A stretch of 64,000 nt of DNA from Parcubacteria group bacterium Gr01-1014_13 (GTDB taxonomy: Bacteria > Patescibacteriota > Patescibacteriia > Magasanikbacterales > GWA2-37-8), in the NCBI GenBank assembly GCA_007376295.1, contig VMGB01000002.1:66844-130843 (forward strand), given 5' to 3'. Of this stretch, positions 21,115-31,802 are shown piece by piece (position 1 is the first letter of the stretch; each line of letters opens with the position of its first letter). The notes under the pieces are model-generated. The model worked only from the letters and a program-made list of their open reading frames with translations, was not told the DNA's origin and ran no database searches. The translations under genes were made by a program, and so were the position numbers.

Positions 21115-22707
21115 ATGAAAAAATTATTATTCCGCTCAGCTCTAATCGCAGTACTTGGTTTGGCTTTAACTTCTGGCTCAGCCTCCGTCGTAAATTCTGC
21201 AACATCTGGCGGAAGTATAGGCTATCCGGCATTTAACCCAAATGATCCCGCTGATGCTCCGCTGATGAAGTTTGCCGAAACTTGGGCAAGAAATTGGAAT
21301 TTTGAAGGACACAATGTTAGTCCTAGTTTTAGTTCTGATAGCGGAAATTGGGATTATACGGAAAAAACTTATGAGCCATGGCTTTTTGATCGAGCGTCAG
21401 TTGGATATTATTTATATAAACGCGTAACATCAACTACAGATAAAGCTCGTTGGTACCAACAGTTCTTAACTGATTTTGCATATTATCGAAACCATATAGA
21501 TGCTAATGGATATTTTCTTCCAAAAGTATTAGGAGGCGAGCAGGATACAAAGTATGGTTATGTAACTCCTTTTCTTCTCTATGAAAAAGAAACTGGTGAT
21601 GCACAGTATCGTCCAATTGCGGAAAGGGTCTATAAAACATGGTTAAAAGATTTTAGCAGCACTTACAAACCGCAAGCTAGTTTTTGGACAGAACGTGAAA
21701 TTGCCTTTGCGCTTGAAGCCGCTGTTTCTTGGTACGAATTGACTGGAGATGCGGCCGCACTTACTCGCGCTAACGAACTAATAAGTCAATGGACTGTTAT
21801 GGCCGATGCCGGAAATGGAGTTCCTCTGGTTACAATTGATAAACATGAAGGTGGCGGAGGATCACAACTAGTTACCAGTCCCTGGATGAGTGCCTTTTAT
21901 TTCCAAGCGTCTCGAAGACTTTATTCTCTTACCGGAAACACCGAAATATTACAGCAAGTAATTCGTTATGCTGACTGGATGGAAACATACGGTTATTTTG
22001 ACGGCAGTGTTTTAGATAACGATTATGCCGGAATGAAAGCACCGTATTATCTCGTTGGACCAACAGGCCCATACACTTCAGATACACCAACCGAATCAGA
22101 TTTTAACCATTGTTTGGATGTTGCGGGATTGGTTGGATTTGCTATTGAAGCAAAACAAAAACTTGGTCAATCCACTGCCGCCCTTACCAGTCGCAATTCT
22201 CAGTTGAAAGCTTGCGCTGTATATATGTTAAACGATGCCACTCGATCGACCGCTACTTTGCCAAAATATCGCTTAACACCACCACGTAAATTTAACTGGT
22301 GGATGCGTTCAACGCTTGGAACTGGGTCTGGAGCAACACTTCCATTACCTACTCCAACTCCAACACCGACTCCCATTCCTACTCCAGCACCTGTACCAAC
22401 CCCAATTCCGGTTCCAACACCTGCGCCTACACCTGTCCCTATTCCTGCACCGGTACCGGCACCTGCTCCCGCTCCTAAACCAGCTTCAGGCAAGTTCATA
22501 GTTGGTCAGCGTGTCAAAACCACAGCCAACTTAAATGTTAGAACTTCTGCTAGAATTTCAGGAAGATTATTAGGTAGACAAAAAAGAGGCTCATTGGGCA
22601 GAATAGTATCTGGTCCAATAAAAGCAAATGGGTATACCTGGTGGAAAATAAATTATGATAATGGTGCAGATGGTTATTCTGTAGAAAATTTTCTAGTTAA
22701 AAAATAA
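21115..22707 (+). CDS. Secreted protein: helical-barrel-like domain, Pro/Thr linker, C-terminal SH3b-like domain
   Basis: Signal peptide; aromatic-rich helical core; PT/PA repeats; LNVR...[18 protein letters not shown]. Confidence 0.8.
   Translation: MKKLLFRSALIAVLGLALTSGSASVVNSATSGGSIGYPAFNPNDPADAPLMKFAETWARNWNFEGHNVSPSFSSDSGNWDYTEKTYEPWLFDRASVGYYLYKRVTSTTDKARWYQQFLTDFAYYRNHIDANGYFLPKVLGGEQDTKYGYVTPFLLYEKETGDAQYRPIAERVYKTWLKDFSSTYKPQASFWTEREIAFALEAAVSWYELTGDAAALTRANELISQWTVMADAGNGVPLVTIDKHEGGGGSQLVTSPWMSAFYFQASRRLYSLTGNTEILQQVIRYADWMETYGYFDGSVLDNDYAGMKAPYYLVGPTGPYTSDTPTESDFNHCLDVAGLVGFAIEAKQKLGQSTAALTSRNSQLKACAVYMLNDATRSTATLPKYRLTPPRKFNWWMRSTLGTGSGATLPLPTPTPTPTPIPTPAPVPTPIPVPTPAPTPVPIPAPVPAPAPAPKPASGKFIVGQRVKTTANLNVRTSARISGRLLGRQKRGSLGRIVSGPIKANGYTWWKINYDNGADGYSVENFLVKK
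22344..22482 (+). repeat. Pro-X low-complexity linker repeat (coding)
   Basis: Encodes [18 protein letters not shown]...PAPKP. Confidence 0.85.
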
Positions 22708-22721
22708 CTAGCATAGTTTAT

Positions 22722-23213
22722 ATGAAACTTCTTAGAGGAGAAGAAGGGATAGGGGAGGCGTTCGTTCTCGTCCTCCCCAATATCCGTAGCGGCCACAATG
22801 TGGGCGCTATTTTTCGTACAGCCGACGGCGCTGGCGTAGATAAGTTATATCTCACTGGCTACACTCCTTGCCCGCCGCATACGCAAATAGACAAGGTTTC
22901 TTTGGGGGCGGAAAAATGGATGCCTTGGGAATATAACAAACAAGCTGGGACTTTGCTTAAAAAATTAAAGAAAATGGGGTATAATATAGTAGCTTTGGAA
23001 CAAACAAAAACAAGTCAAAATATTTTTGACTGGCAACCAAAATTTCCCACTGCTTTAATTTTGGGAAATGAAAAAACTGGCGTGCCAAAATCTCTGCTCA
23101 AATATTGCGACGAGTCAGTGGAAATTCCAATGCAGGGCAAGAAAAACAGTTTAAATGTTAGCGTGGCCGCAGGTATTGCTATGTATCGTATTAGTCTATG
23201 CAATCAACAATAA
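22722..23213 (+). CDS. SpoU/TrmH family RNA methyltransferase
   Basis: NIRSGHNVGAIFRTAD, LGNEKTG, IPMQG, SLNVSVAAG. Confidence 0.93.
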   Translation: MKLLRGEEGIGEAFVLVLPNIRSGHNVGAIFRTADGAGVDKLYLTGYTPCPPHTQIDKVSLGAEKWMPWEYNKQAGTLLKKLKKMGYNIVALEQTKTSQNIFDWQPKFPTALILGNEKTGVPKSLLKYCDESVEIPMQGKKNSLNVSVAAGIAMYRISLCNQQ

Positions 23214-23917
23214 AACTATTTTGGCATCTATATGACCATTTACCGCCTCTATTTCCAGAGGAGGTAGCTTTGGAAATGAAAAATGAATTAGAAAATTTGG
23301 ATCAGTCTGGCCTAAGTTTGGAAAAGATAGAAAATAAAATGATAAAATTTGGTTATGAAATTTGGCCATGGAATCAGGCCTATAAACATTTTTTAGATAT
23401 TGCCAGAGACCAAGTAGGGGAACATTTTTTGTTGCCACAGATGAGTCCGGGTCTGCATAAAAAATATCTAGATTTTAAAGTTTATGGCGGTGGGCTAAAA
23501 GATTTGGAAACCGGCAGAGCAGCTATTTTTTTTACACCTGAAGAAAGAGCGGAGTTATGCACAGAGTTGGTAAATATGCGGGTGCAATTAACAGATTATG
23601 TCAGCCGGGATTTAATCGGGGTTAACAAAAATAAATATTTTGAAAAAATAGAGGAGTATGAAAAATTATTGCAGAAAATAAAATCAAATTTGGATTCCTT
23701 GCGTAGTATGGTGGTAAAGGAAGAAGCTGGCTCGGTTTTGGCAGGAGAAATCAATTCTAAAATACGAGATTTTGAACACGGTTTATGCTTGCTGGGTACA
23801 GAGCTGGACTATGAAGCAGTCTGCCAAGCCCCGGATTTTTTTGCTGGCAGAAAAGTCGAATTAAGCCGTTTGCGCGGCATACATATACCAATGCAGATAG
23901 ATTTTTTCAACAGCTAG
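23198..23917 (+). CDS. Hypothetical helical protein
   Basis: 239-aa ORF overlapping the upstream stop; host-like composition. Confidence 0.75.
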   Translation: MQSTIKLFWHLYDHLPPLFPEEVALEMKNELENLDQSGLSLEKIENKMIKFGYEIWPWNQAYKHFLDIARDQVGEHFLLPQMSPGLHKKYLDFKVYGGGLKDLETGRAAIFFTPEERAELCTELVNMRVQLTDYVSRDLIGVNKNKYFEKIEEYEKLLQKIKSNLDSLRSMVVKEEAGSVLAGEINSKIRDFEHGLCLLGTELDYEAVCQAPDFFAGRKVELSRLRGIHIPMQIDFFNS

Positions 23918-24885
23918 ATTGCTTTTGGTTTTATTGAAGAGAATTTAGAAATGGTTTCGGCCATCTCTTTTTTGTTTAGAAGATTTTTTTCTGGGCCAGA
24001 AGACGAAATCGCGGTGCAGCTGTTGGCAATTCCCCAATTTAAGGCAGTGCTGGTGTCATGGTTGTATAAGCGAGCAGCCAGATAACCAGAAGAAAATGCA
24101 TCTCCAGCGCCGGTTTTGGAAACTACTTCCACAGGAAAGCTGTCACAGTGCCATACGCCGTTTTCGTTTCCGGCTGAAGCGCCTTGGCCGCCATTGGTAA
24201 TCACGACTTCTTTAGCGCCTAGTGCCAAAAGTTTTTGGATCAAAACGCGATCATCATTTAAATCCGCACCCAATATTTTTTTTGCTTCTTCTAAATTAAC
24301 AATTAAAATATCTGTGCGAGGCAAAATTTCTTTGACTAAATTTAAATTTTTTATTTGGATTGAACCAGGGTTATAAGCCAGATGGATTCCTTTGTTTTTA
24401 TTTAGAAAATTAAGTAGATTATTTTGCAGATTTTCGTATCCCTCACTAAGACTAGTGTAATAAATCCAGTCTGCTTTTGGTAAGTTTTTTGGGAAGTCGT
24501 AAGTTCTTTCCTGGTGGTAGGATAAAATGGTTCTCTCTTTTTTAAAATGCAACACTACGGAGTATCGGGTTTTTATTTTCTTATCCATGGACAGAAGACG
24601 GGTATCCACTTTGTGTTTTTTTAGGTTTTCTTTAATCATTTCTCCATTGGCATCCTTGCCTATCGATGTTAAAATTGTGGTTTTTAGACCCAATTTGGTA
24701 GCACCTATAGCCATATTAGCCGCATTGCCGCCTATTGCTTGGAAACTATCGGTTAGAGGAATTTTGCTGGCATAATTTAGGCAAACTTGGCAGTTTTGTT
24801 TATTTACATCACACTCCAAAGTGGCGTCATCTATAAAGACATTAGTGTCGATGACTGCGTCGCCAATAGTGATAAGGTTGTACAT
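23914..24885 (-). CDS. PfkB family carbohydrate kinase
   Basis: GGNAANMA, YNPG, NLEEA, TGAGDAF. Confidence 0.93.
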   Translation of the reverse strand: MYNLITIGDAVIDTNVFIDDATLECDVNKQNCQVCLNYASKIPLTDSFQAIGGNAANMAIGATKLGLKTTILTSIGKDANGEMIKENLKKHKVDTRLLSMDKKIKTRYSVVLHFKKERTILSYHQERTYDFPKNLPKADWIYYTSLSEGYENLQNNLLNFLNKNKGIHLAYNPGSIQIKNLNLVKEILPRTDILIVNLEEAKKILGADLNDDRVLIQKLLALGAKEVVITNGGQGASAGNENGVWHCDSFPVEVVSKTGAGDAFSSGYLAARLYNHDTSTALNWGIANSCTAISSSGPEKNLLNKKEMAETISKFSSIKPKAI

Positions 24886-24886
24886 A

Positions 24887-25183
24887 TTAATTAATATGTT
24901 TATGTTTGCCAATCAAAATTTCGATTAGTTCTATCAAACTTCCGATAAATAGTCCAACCATAGCCAGAGAAAAAATTTTATTGCCAATCCATAGGGAGTA
25001 AACTAAAAGGCAGGCTGAACCAACCATAAATACCGCATCTTGGCGTCGTTCAGCTTCCAAAAAGACGCCGTAAGTTAATAGTATCGCACCTAACAGAGCC
25101 ACAATATTGATAATCGTTTCTAATAACGACATGTTGGGTAAAAAGTTTAAGAATGCAGGCATAAAAAATTTTATTCTTTCCAC
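24887..25183 (-). CDS. Small 3-TM membrane protein
   Basis: Hydrophobic ORF inside the operon; start may be 25132. Confidence 0.7.
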   Translation of the reverse strand: MERIKFFMPAFLNFLPNMSLLETIINIVALLGAILLTYGVFLEAERRQDAVFMVGSACLLVYSLWIGNKIFSLAMVGLFIGSLIELIEILIGKHKHIN

Positions 25184-26118
25184 AAGTTAATATACTCTAT
25201 AGCCGCTAAACCGGCAATGATACCTTGGCCGGCAGCAATGCCGATTTGTTTGTAGGCCACATCAGTCACGTCTCCAGCCGCAAAAATTCCGCGCATGCTG
25301 GTGCGGCATTTTTCATCTACCATAATTTCACCGATTTTATTCTTTTTTACTTTTTCGACAAACTGCGAGTTTGGTATTGTGCCGACATGCACCATTATAC
25401 CCTCAACTGCCAGTTCATGATCTTTGCCGTTTTTGTCTTTATATTTTATGCCTGCCACTCTATCGGTACCCATTACAGCTGTAGTATTGGCTTCATAAAT
25501 AATCTCTATATTGGGCGTAGCTTTTGCTTTTTCAATCAGAATGTTTTCGCCCTTAGGGAAACCGCCATTGGTTTCTGGTGTATCAGGAAATTTGCTTAGC
25601 AAGTAAACATGCTTGGCAAAGGTGGCCATCATTAAAACTGACTCTAAAGCGGAATTGCCCGAGCCGACGGTAACGGTCGTTTTATTTTTAAATAGTGGTC
25701 CGTCGCAAACTGTGCAGTAGGTGATACCTTTTCGGTCGAGTTCATTTTCTCCGGGGACATTTAAACGACGCGGATGAATACCCGTAGCAATAATGACAGA
25801 TTTTGTCTCAATTTCCTTGGTTTCGCCAGCGCCATTTGCGGCTGTCAGGCGATAATGTTTTTTTACCGGAGTAATTTTCTCTATTTTCCAGCCTTCGTCT
25901 ATCTCTACGCCGTAAGATCTTACATGTTCATTAAATTTTTTTGCCAATTCAAATCCTTGGATACTGATAATTCCCGGCCAATTGCCGACTTCACCAGACA
26001 AAGCTACCTCTCCGCCGGTATCAAGGGTTACTATTTTAAAATTTAATTTTCTACGTGCGCAATAAATGGCTGCGCTAGAAGCTGCCGCTGATCCACCGAT
26101 GATAATAAGATCGTACAT
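25171..26118 (-). CDS. trxB: Thioredoxin reductase-like FAD oxidoreductase
   Basis: IIGGSAA, IATG, CTVCDG, GSGNSA, AAGDVT. Confidence 0.88.
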   Translation of the reverse strand: MYDLIIIGGSAAASSAAIYCARRKLNFKIVTLDTGGEVALSGEVGNWPGIISIQGFELAKKFNEHVRSYGVEIDEGWKIEKITPVKKHYRLTAANGAGETKEIETKSVIIATGIHPRRLNVPGENELDRKGITYCTVCDGPLFKNKTTVTVGSGNSALESVLMMATFAKHVYLLSKFPDTPETNGGFPKGENILIEKAKATPNIEIIYEANTTAVMGTDRVAGIKYKDKNGKDHELAVEGIMVHVGTIPNSQFVEKVKKNKIGEIMVDEKCRTSMRGIFAAGDVTDVAYKQIGIAAGQGIIAGLAAIEYINLWKE

Positions 26119-26120
26119 AG

Positions 26121-26756
26121 TTAAATATTAGTGAGTTCTTCGTGTGCTTTTTCTACGTCGTCGGCTTGGGTAATAGCTCCGCCGATGTATAATTTTTCCG
26201 CTCCAGCGTCTACTACACTTTTTATGGTATGTTTGTTTATTCCACCATCGGCCGCGATAGTTACATTTAGTCCCAATTTTTTAAATTCTTTTATTTTTTC
26301 CAAAACTTCTGGCAGAAATGGCGCTCCTTGCTGGCCAGGGTGAACAGTCATAAACAGTATTTCGTCCACCATATCTATGTAAGGCATGATTTTCTCTATT
26401 TTTGTTTCCGGGTTAAGAGCTATACCTGCTTTCCAGCCATTTTCTTTGATGATTTTTATACATTGTTCAGCGTTAACATCGGCTTCAATATGAAAAACTG
26501 CGTTGGTTACACTGTTGTTTTCTTTCCATTTGGCTATTTCGGCAACAGGGTCTTTTACCATCAGGTGCAATTCGAAATATGCTTCGGAATTTATATCATT
26601 TAGCTCTTCTCTTTCTGAAAAAGTTTTGTTGGGTAAAAAAATTCCATCGATAACATCTATTTGAACAGAAGAAAAATCTTTGTGGACTTTTGTTAGATGA
26701 TCTTTGAAAGTTGTAAAGCTATCCGTAAGTATGGCCGGTACGATAAGAGGAATCAT
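26121..26756 (-). CDS. rpe: Ribulose-phosphate 3-epimerase
   Basis: IDVIDGIF, ELHLMV, LNPET, MTVHPG, DGG. Confidence 0.93.
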   Translation of the reverse strand: MIPLIVPAILTDSFTTFKDHLTKVHKDFSSVQIDVIDGIFLPNKTFSEREELNDINSEAYFELHLMVKDPVAEIAKWKENNSVTNAVFHIEADVNAEQCIKIIKENGWKAGIALNPETKIEKIMPYIDMVDEILFMTVHPGQQGAPFLPEVLEKIKEFKKLGLNVTIAADGGINKHTIKSVVDAGAEKLYIGGAITQADDVEKAHEELTNI

Positions 26757-26757
26757 A

Positions 26758-27201
26758 TCATTTTTCTAAATCTTCTATTTTTTGATTTCTTCTAACAAAC
26801 CTTTCATCACCATCAAATTTTGTTTCCAGGAATTTTTTTACAATCGCATTAGCAAAATCCAGAGAAGCGGGAGTGCCAGGCATACAAAGAATGTTGGCAT
26901 TATTGTGTTTGCGGCCGAGCTCGGTCGCTGAAATGTTATAGCCCATTATAGCATAGGCCCCCTTTATTTTATTAGCCGCGATACACATGCCTTGGCCAGT
27001 GCCGCAGATTAAAATACCAAGACTATCTTTGTCTTTGGCCACAGCTTTGGCCAGAGGTATGGCATAGTCCGGAAAATCGTCGTTTTCTACAAAGGCAGTC
27101 GGGCCTAGGTCCTCTACCTCTTTATTTAGTTTGTCTTTGATGTATTTTATGGTTTCTTTTTTGAGTTGGAAACCGGCATGATCAGAAGCTATGTATATCA
27201 T
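26758..27201 (-). CDS. rpiB: Ribose-5-phosphate isomerase B
   Basis: ASDHAG, CGTGQG, ANK, HNNAN. Confidence 0.95.
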   Translation of the reverse strand: MIYIASDHAGFQLKKETIKYIKDKLNKEVEDLGPTAFVENDDFPDYAIPLAKAVAKDKDSLGILICGTGQGMCIAANKIKGAYAIMGYNISATELGRKHNNANILCMPGTPASLDFANAIVKKFLETKFDGDERFVRRNQKIEDLEK

Positions 27202-27383
27202 ATTGAGTGAAATTTAAGGTTTGTATGCATACAATTATAGCGACTTTAGTAAACATTGACAAGAACGGTTTTTTGTGGTATTGTTGGCTATTCTTTAAAC
27301 AATTTAACTTTTTAGGTGGGATTCTCACTTGTTGCCAGGCAATTTTGCTTTGGCGAGGGTGGGATCAAAAATGGAGGTTTGCG

Positions 27384-27662
27384 ATGGCGAGTTGCCCCTA
27401 TTGCAGTTATGGCGAGCCTGGGCATGATAAGGCTTGTCCGGAGTCGATGTCTGGACAGGCCAAGGTTTTGGCCCAGAAGAGCTGTCAAGCCGGGTATCGA
27501 CAAGGCCGGTCTGGCAAGCCAGAGCCGACTGATGCCAGCGCTAGCTATAGCCTCGGCTACGGCCGCGGAATCGTGGCGCTGGAGGAGGCGGAGAATGGGT
27601 ATGACCCGCGCTTCGACGACATGAGCGCTGACCCGGCGTACTACGATTCAGACGACTACTAG
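27384..27662 (+). CDS. GC-rich orphan small protein with CxxC...H...C motif
   Basis: SD GGAGGT before ATG; promoter TTGACA(27256)-17-TATTGT; hairpin at about 27686-27703. Confidence 0.75.
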   Translation: MASCPYCSYGEPGHDKACPESMSGQAKVLAQKSCQAGYRQGRSGKPEPTDASASYSLGYGRGIVALEEAENGYDPRFDDMSADPAYYDSDDY

Positions 27663-27826
27663 CTTAAATCATCATCCACCAACAACCCCCGATTTGTCGG
27701 GGGATTCTACTTAAGAAGTTAAACATCAGCTAAAAAGACCTTGTAATAGAGGTCTTTTTGTTGCCAAAAATCTTTGACTGTTAAGCGGTTTTTTGTTAGT
27801 ATATTTCTATTGAGTAAGCTAAAATT

Positions 27827-30814
27827 ATGTATAATTCCAATCAAGAAGAGCAAGATATTTTACGGTATTGGGACGAACATCAGTGCTTCGAAAAATCAAT
27901 CGCCAACCGTTCTACCAAAAAACCCTATCATTTCTATGATGGGCCGCCTTTTGCTACCGGTTTGCCTCATTATGGCCATATTGTGGCTTCACTCATGAAA
28001 GACGTGGTACCACGATATTTCACCATGCGTGGATACAGGGTAGAACGCAAATGGGGTTGGGATTGCCATGGACTTCCAATCGAAAACATTATTGAAAAAG
28101 AACTTAATTTATCTACTAAAAAAGAAATTGAGGCCTATGGCGTTGCTAAATTTAACGAAGCTTGCCGCGCCACAGTTTTGAAATACGCGCACGAATGGGA
28201 AAAAACCATAAAACGCATGGGTCGTTGGGTAGACATGAAAAACGATTACAAAACCATGGATATTGGTTTTATGGAAAGTGTTTGGTGGGTATTCAAACAG
28301 CTTTGGGATCGCGATTTGATTTACAAAGATTACAAAGCCATGCACATATGTCCGCGTTGTGCCACAACGCTATCTAATTTTGAAGTTACCCAGGGCTATA
28401 AAGATATCAAAGATATTTCAGTAGTGGCGAAGTTTAAAATAAAAGAAGGCTATCAAAGTAAATTTGATTTTTTAAATATCAAAGGCCCAATTTATATTTT
28501 AGCTTGGACTACAACACCATGGACATTGCCAGGCAATGTATTGTTGGCGCTAGGATCTGACATAGAATACTTGCTTGTTACAATCGAAGGCGAAGAGGGC
28601 GCTTTTGTGGTGGCCAGGGAGCGCGCTGAAGCGGTATTTAAGGATAAAACTTGGAAAGAAATTGGTCGTTTCAAAGGTAAAGAATTGGCCGGGTTGGAAT
28701 ACGAGCCACTGTTCCCATATTTCAAAGATACACCCAAGGCCTTTCGTTTAGTAACGGCAAAATTTGTTACCACTACAGATGGTACTGGTATTGTGCATAT
28801 TTCCCCGGCCTTTGGTGAGGAAGACTTTAAGGTTGGAAAAGCGGAAGGATTGCCTCTGGTTCAGCATGTGGGAATGGATGGGAAATTTGTATCGGCTGTG
28901 ACTGATTTTGCTGGTATGGATGTTAAGCCAATAGATGATGTAACTAAAGCTGACGTAGAAATTATTAAATGGCTCGCCCACAATGGCAAATTATTTAGTA
29001 AAGAAAAAATAGAACATAGTTATCCGCACTGTTGGCGTTGTGATACTCCGTTATTAAATTATGCTACTACCAGCTGGTTTGTGCGGGTTACTTTATTAAA
29101 AGATCAGTTATTAAAAAATAACGAAGAGATCAGTTGGGTGCCAGAACATATTAAAAAAGGACGTTTTGGCGTGTGGCTGGAAGGCGCGCGCGACTGGGCG
29201 ATTAGCCGCAGTCGTTATTGGGGCACGCCTTTGCCGATTTGGGAAGGAAGCAATGGTGAAGTTGTTTGTATTGGCAGTATTGAAGAGTTGGAAAAATTAT
29301 CTGGCGAAAAAGTTACAGATCTTCATAAACATTTTATTGATGGCATGATTATTACCAAAGACGGCCAGGAGTATAGACGTATTCCGGAAGTTTTAGATTG
29401 CTGGTTTGAATCCGGCAGCATGCCTTATGGCCAAATGCATTATCCGTTTGAAAACAAGAAAAAATTTGAAAGCAGTTTCCCAGCCGAGTTTATTGCCGAA
29501 GGCCAAGACCAAACTCGCGGTTGGTTTTATACCCTTCATGTTTTGGCCGTGGCTCTAACAAGCAAGGTCCGTTTGATGAGTAAAAAACCAGCAATTCCAG
29601 TATCTGGTTTTCCATCACTACGCTACGGCGAGCCGGCTTTTAAGAATGTAATTGTTAACGGGATTGTGTTGGCTGAAGATGGTAAGAAAATGAGCAAGCG
29701 TTTAAAAAATTATCCGGAGCCGGAAATAATTTTAGAAAAATATGGCGCCGATGCCATGCGATATTATCTGGCTACTTCACCGGTAATGGCCGCTGAATCT
29801 TTGAATTTTTCCGAAGTAGGTGTAAGAGAAATGTATAATAAATTAATTAATACAGTATATAATGTTCTGGAATTTTATCTGATGTATACAGATCAGAAGT
29901 CGAATGGTAAAAAACAGAAATCAGACCATGTATTAGATAAATGGATTTTGGCAAAATTACAGATTTTAGTAAAAGATGTCACCGAAGGTATGGAAGCATA
30001 TAAATTAGTAGACGCCAGCCGGCCAATAGCAGATTTTGTCACTGAACTTTCGCAATGGTATGTGCGCCGCTCGCGCGATAGGTTCAAGGGTGATAATGAT
30101 AAAGACAAACAGCTTGCCTTGGCTACTCTTCACGAAGTTTTGTTTACTTTAGCCAAAGTAATGGCACCGTTTACACCGTTTATGGCCGAAAAAATTTATT
30201 TATCTTTAAAGGGTGAGAAAGAAAGTGTGCATTTAGAAGATTGGCCTGAGGCTGATAAAAAATTAATGGATGAGAAAGTTTTGGAACAGATGAGTTTGGC
30301 TAGAAAAATCGTAGAAATGGGTCTGGCATTGCGAGCGGAAAAAAGTATTAAAGTAAGACAGCCACTCAATAAATTGTTGGTTAATGAAAAGTTTTCCGTA
30401 GATTTATCTACAACTATCGCTGCAGAATTAAATATAAAAAAAGTAGAAACACTGTCTAAATTAATGGGTGTTGGAGTTGGTGGGTTAATACCAGATAATT
30501 TTGTCACAAAAGAAGAGGGGAAATTAAGCGTGTTGTTAGACATAGCCATTACTGACGAACTAAAAGCCGAAGGCCTGGTCCGAGAAATTATCCGTACCAT
30601 AAATCAAATTCGCAAAGAACAAAAATTGACGATTTCGGATAGGGTGATAGTTAGATATAGTGCTAGTGATGCATCATTAAGATTTATTTTTGAAAAATAT
30701 GTTGAGGAAATAAAAAAATCAGTATTGGCTTTTGCAGTCGAAGAGGGTGATACAGAACAAGAAATTGAAATTGAAGGCTTGAAATTAAAAATTGGAGTGC
30801 ATAGAATGCAATAA
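27827..30814 (+). CDS. ileS: Isoleucyl-tRNA synthetase (type 2)
   Basis: DGPPFATGLPHYGH, GWDCHGLP, WTTTPWT, KMSKR. Confidence 0.98.
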   Translation: MYNSNQEEQDILRYWDEHQCFEKSIANRSTKKPYHFYDGPPFATGLPHYGHIVASLMKDVVPRYFTMRGYRVERKWGWDCHGLPIENIIEKELNLSTKKEIEAYGVAKFNEACRATVLKYAHEWEKTIKRMGRWVDMKNDYKTMDIGFMESVWWVFKQLWDRDLIYKDYKAMHICPRCATTLSNFEVTQGYKDIKDISVVAKFKIKEGYQSKFDFLNIKGPIYILAWTTTPWTLPGNVLLALGSDIEYLLVTIEGEEGAFVVARERAEAVFKDKTWKEIGRFKGKELAGLEYEPLFPYFKDTPKAFRLVTAKFVTTTDGTGIVHISPAFGEEDFKVGKAEGLPLVQHVGMDGKFVSAVTDFAGMDVKPIDDVTKADVEIIKWLAHNGKLFSKEKIEHSYPHCWRCDTPLLNYATTSWFVRVTLLKDQLLKNNEEISWVPEHIKKGRFGVWLEGARDWAISRSRYWGTPLPIWEGSNGEVVCIGSIEELEKLSGEKVTDLHKHFIDGMIITKDGQEYRRIPEVLDCWFESGSMPYGQMHYPFENKKKFESSFPAEFIAEGQDQTRGWFYTLHVLAVALTSKVRLMSKKPAIPVSGFPSLRYGEPAFKNVIVNGIVLAEDGKKMSKRLKNYPEPEIILEKYGADAMRYYLATSPVMAAESLNFSEVGVREMYNKLINTVYNVLEFYLMYTDQKSNGKKQKSDHVLDKWILAKLQILVKDVTEGMEAYKLVDASRPIADFVTELSQWYVRRSRDRFKGDNDKDKQLALATLHEVLFTLAKVMAPFTPFMAEKIYLSLKGEKESVHLEDWPEADKKLMDEKVLEQMSLARKIVEMGLALRAEKSIKVRQPLNKLLVNEKFSVDLSTTIAAELNIKKVETLSKLMGVGVGGLIPDNFVTKEEGKLSVLLDIAITDELKAEGLVREIIRTINQIRKEQKLTISDRVIVRYSASDASLRFIFEKYVEEIKKSVLAFAVEEGDTEQEIEIEGLKLKIGVHRMQ

Positions 30815-30834
30815 TTAAATTTAATATAATCTGT

Positions 30835-31800
30835 ATGTTAACACTGAAGCAAGTTTACGATCTGGGAATTAAGTTGGGAATAGCGGCTGATCCTCGCGGA
30901 CAAAAAAGCGTGGCCAAGTATTTGGAACGCACAAAAAGAGAATATAATGAACTAAAGCCGGATGACAAAAAATATTTTAACGAAGAAAGATTGGTAAATC
31001 CTTATGAAGATTGCGGAATCCATTGTGGCGATTTAAAGGCGCCGCTAAAAAGAGTTTTGGCAGGTATAGATGTAGGGCCAGCAGAAATTTTGTTGGCCAC
31101 TCAGCTAAATGAACGTGGTAAAAAAATAGATGCAGTAATCGCTCATCATCCGATTGGCGGAGCTTTGGCGAGTCTACACGGCGTAATGGATATGATAGCC
31201 GAAATGTACGAAAATTTGGGTATGCCAGTGCATACAGCGGAGCGTTTGATGGCAGAGAGGATTGGAGAAGTTGGTCGTGGCGTACACCCCGCCAATCATT
31301 ACCAAATTGTAGACACAGCCAAATTGTTGGGAGTAAATGTTATGAACATGCATACCCCAACCGATAATATGGTAACCAAATTCTTGGAAGATTTTTTGGC
31401 TAAGAAAAAACCAGAAATAGTAGGTGATATTATGAAGGCTTTGATGGAACTACCGGAATATCAGGAAGCGAAAAAACGGGGAGCTGGTCCAAATTTGGTT
31501 GCTGGAAATCCAAGAAATAAAGTGGGTAAACTTTTTGTCGAAATGACTGGTGGTACCAATCCGTCCAGTAAAGTTTATCAGGAGCTTTCCCGAGCCGGTG
31601 TCAGCACTTTGGTAGGTATGCATATGCGCGATGATTCACGAGAAAAAGCTAATGAATACCATATGAACGTACTTATTGCTGGACATATGTCTTCCGATTC
31701 TTTGGGTATGAACCTTTATTTGGACGAACTCGAAAAGAAGGGAATTGAAGTGGTGCCATGCGGCGGATTGATCAGAGTAAGCAGAGTCAAGAGAAAATAA
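30835..31800 (+). CDS. NIF3/YbgI-like protein
   Basis: GIDV, IAHHP, HTPTDN, GHMSSDSLG. Confidence 0.85.
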   Translation: MLTLKQVYDLGIKLGIAADPRGQKSVAKYLERTKREYNELKPDDKKYFNEERLVNPYEDCGIHCGDLKAPLKRVLAGIDVGPAEILLATQLNERGKKIDAVIAHHPIGGALASLHGVMDMIAEMYENLGMPVHTAERLMAERIGEVGRGVHPANHYQIVDTAKLLGVNVMNMHTPTDNMVTKFLEDFLAKKKPEIVGDIMKALMELPEYQEAKKRGAGPNLVAGNPRNKVGKLFVEMTGGTNPSSKVYQELSRAGVSTLVGMHMRDDSREKANEYHMNVLIAGHMSSDSLGMNLYLDELEKKGIEVVPCGGLIRVSRVKRK

Positions 31801-31802
31801 TT

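Noticed and set aside
22200-22499. Antisense Gly-rich 99-aa ORF
   Set aside because: Shadow of the Pro-rich linker on the opposite strand
27207-27383. N-terminal extension of the 151-aa track ORF
   Set aside because: It spans the promoter; the SD-led ATG at 27384 is the better start
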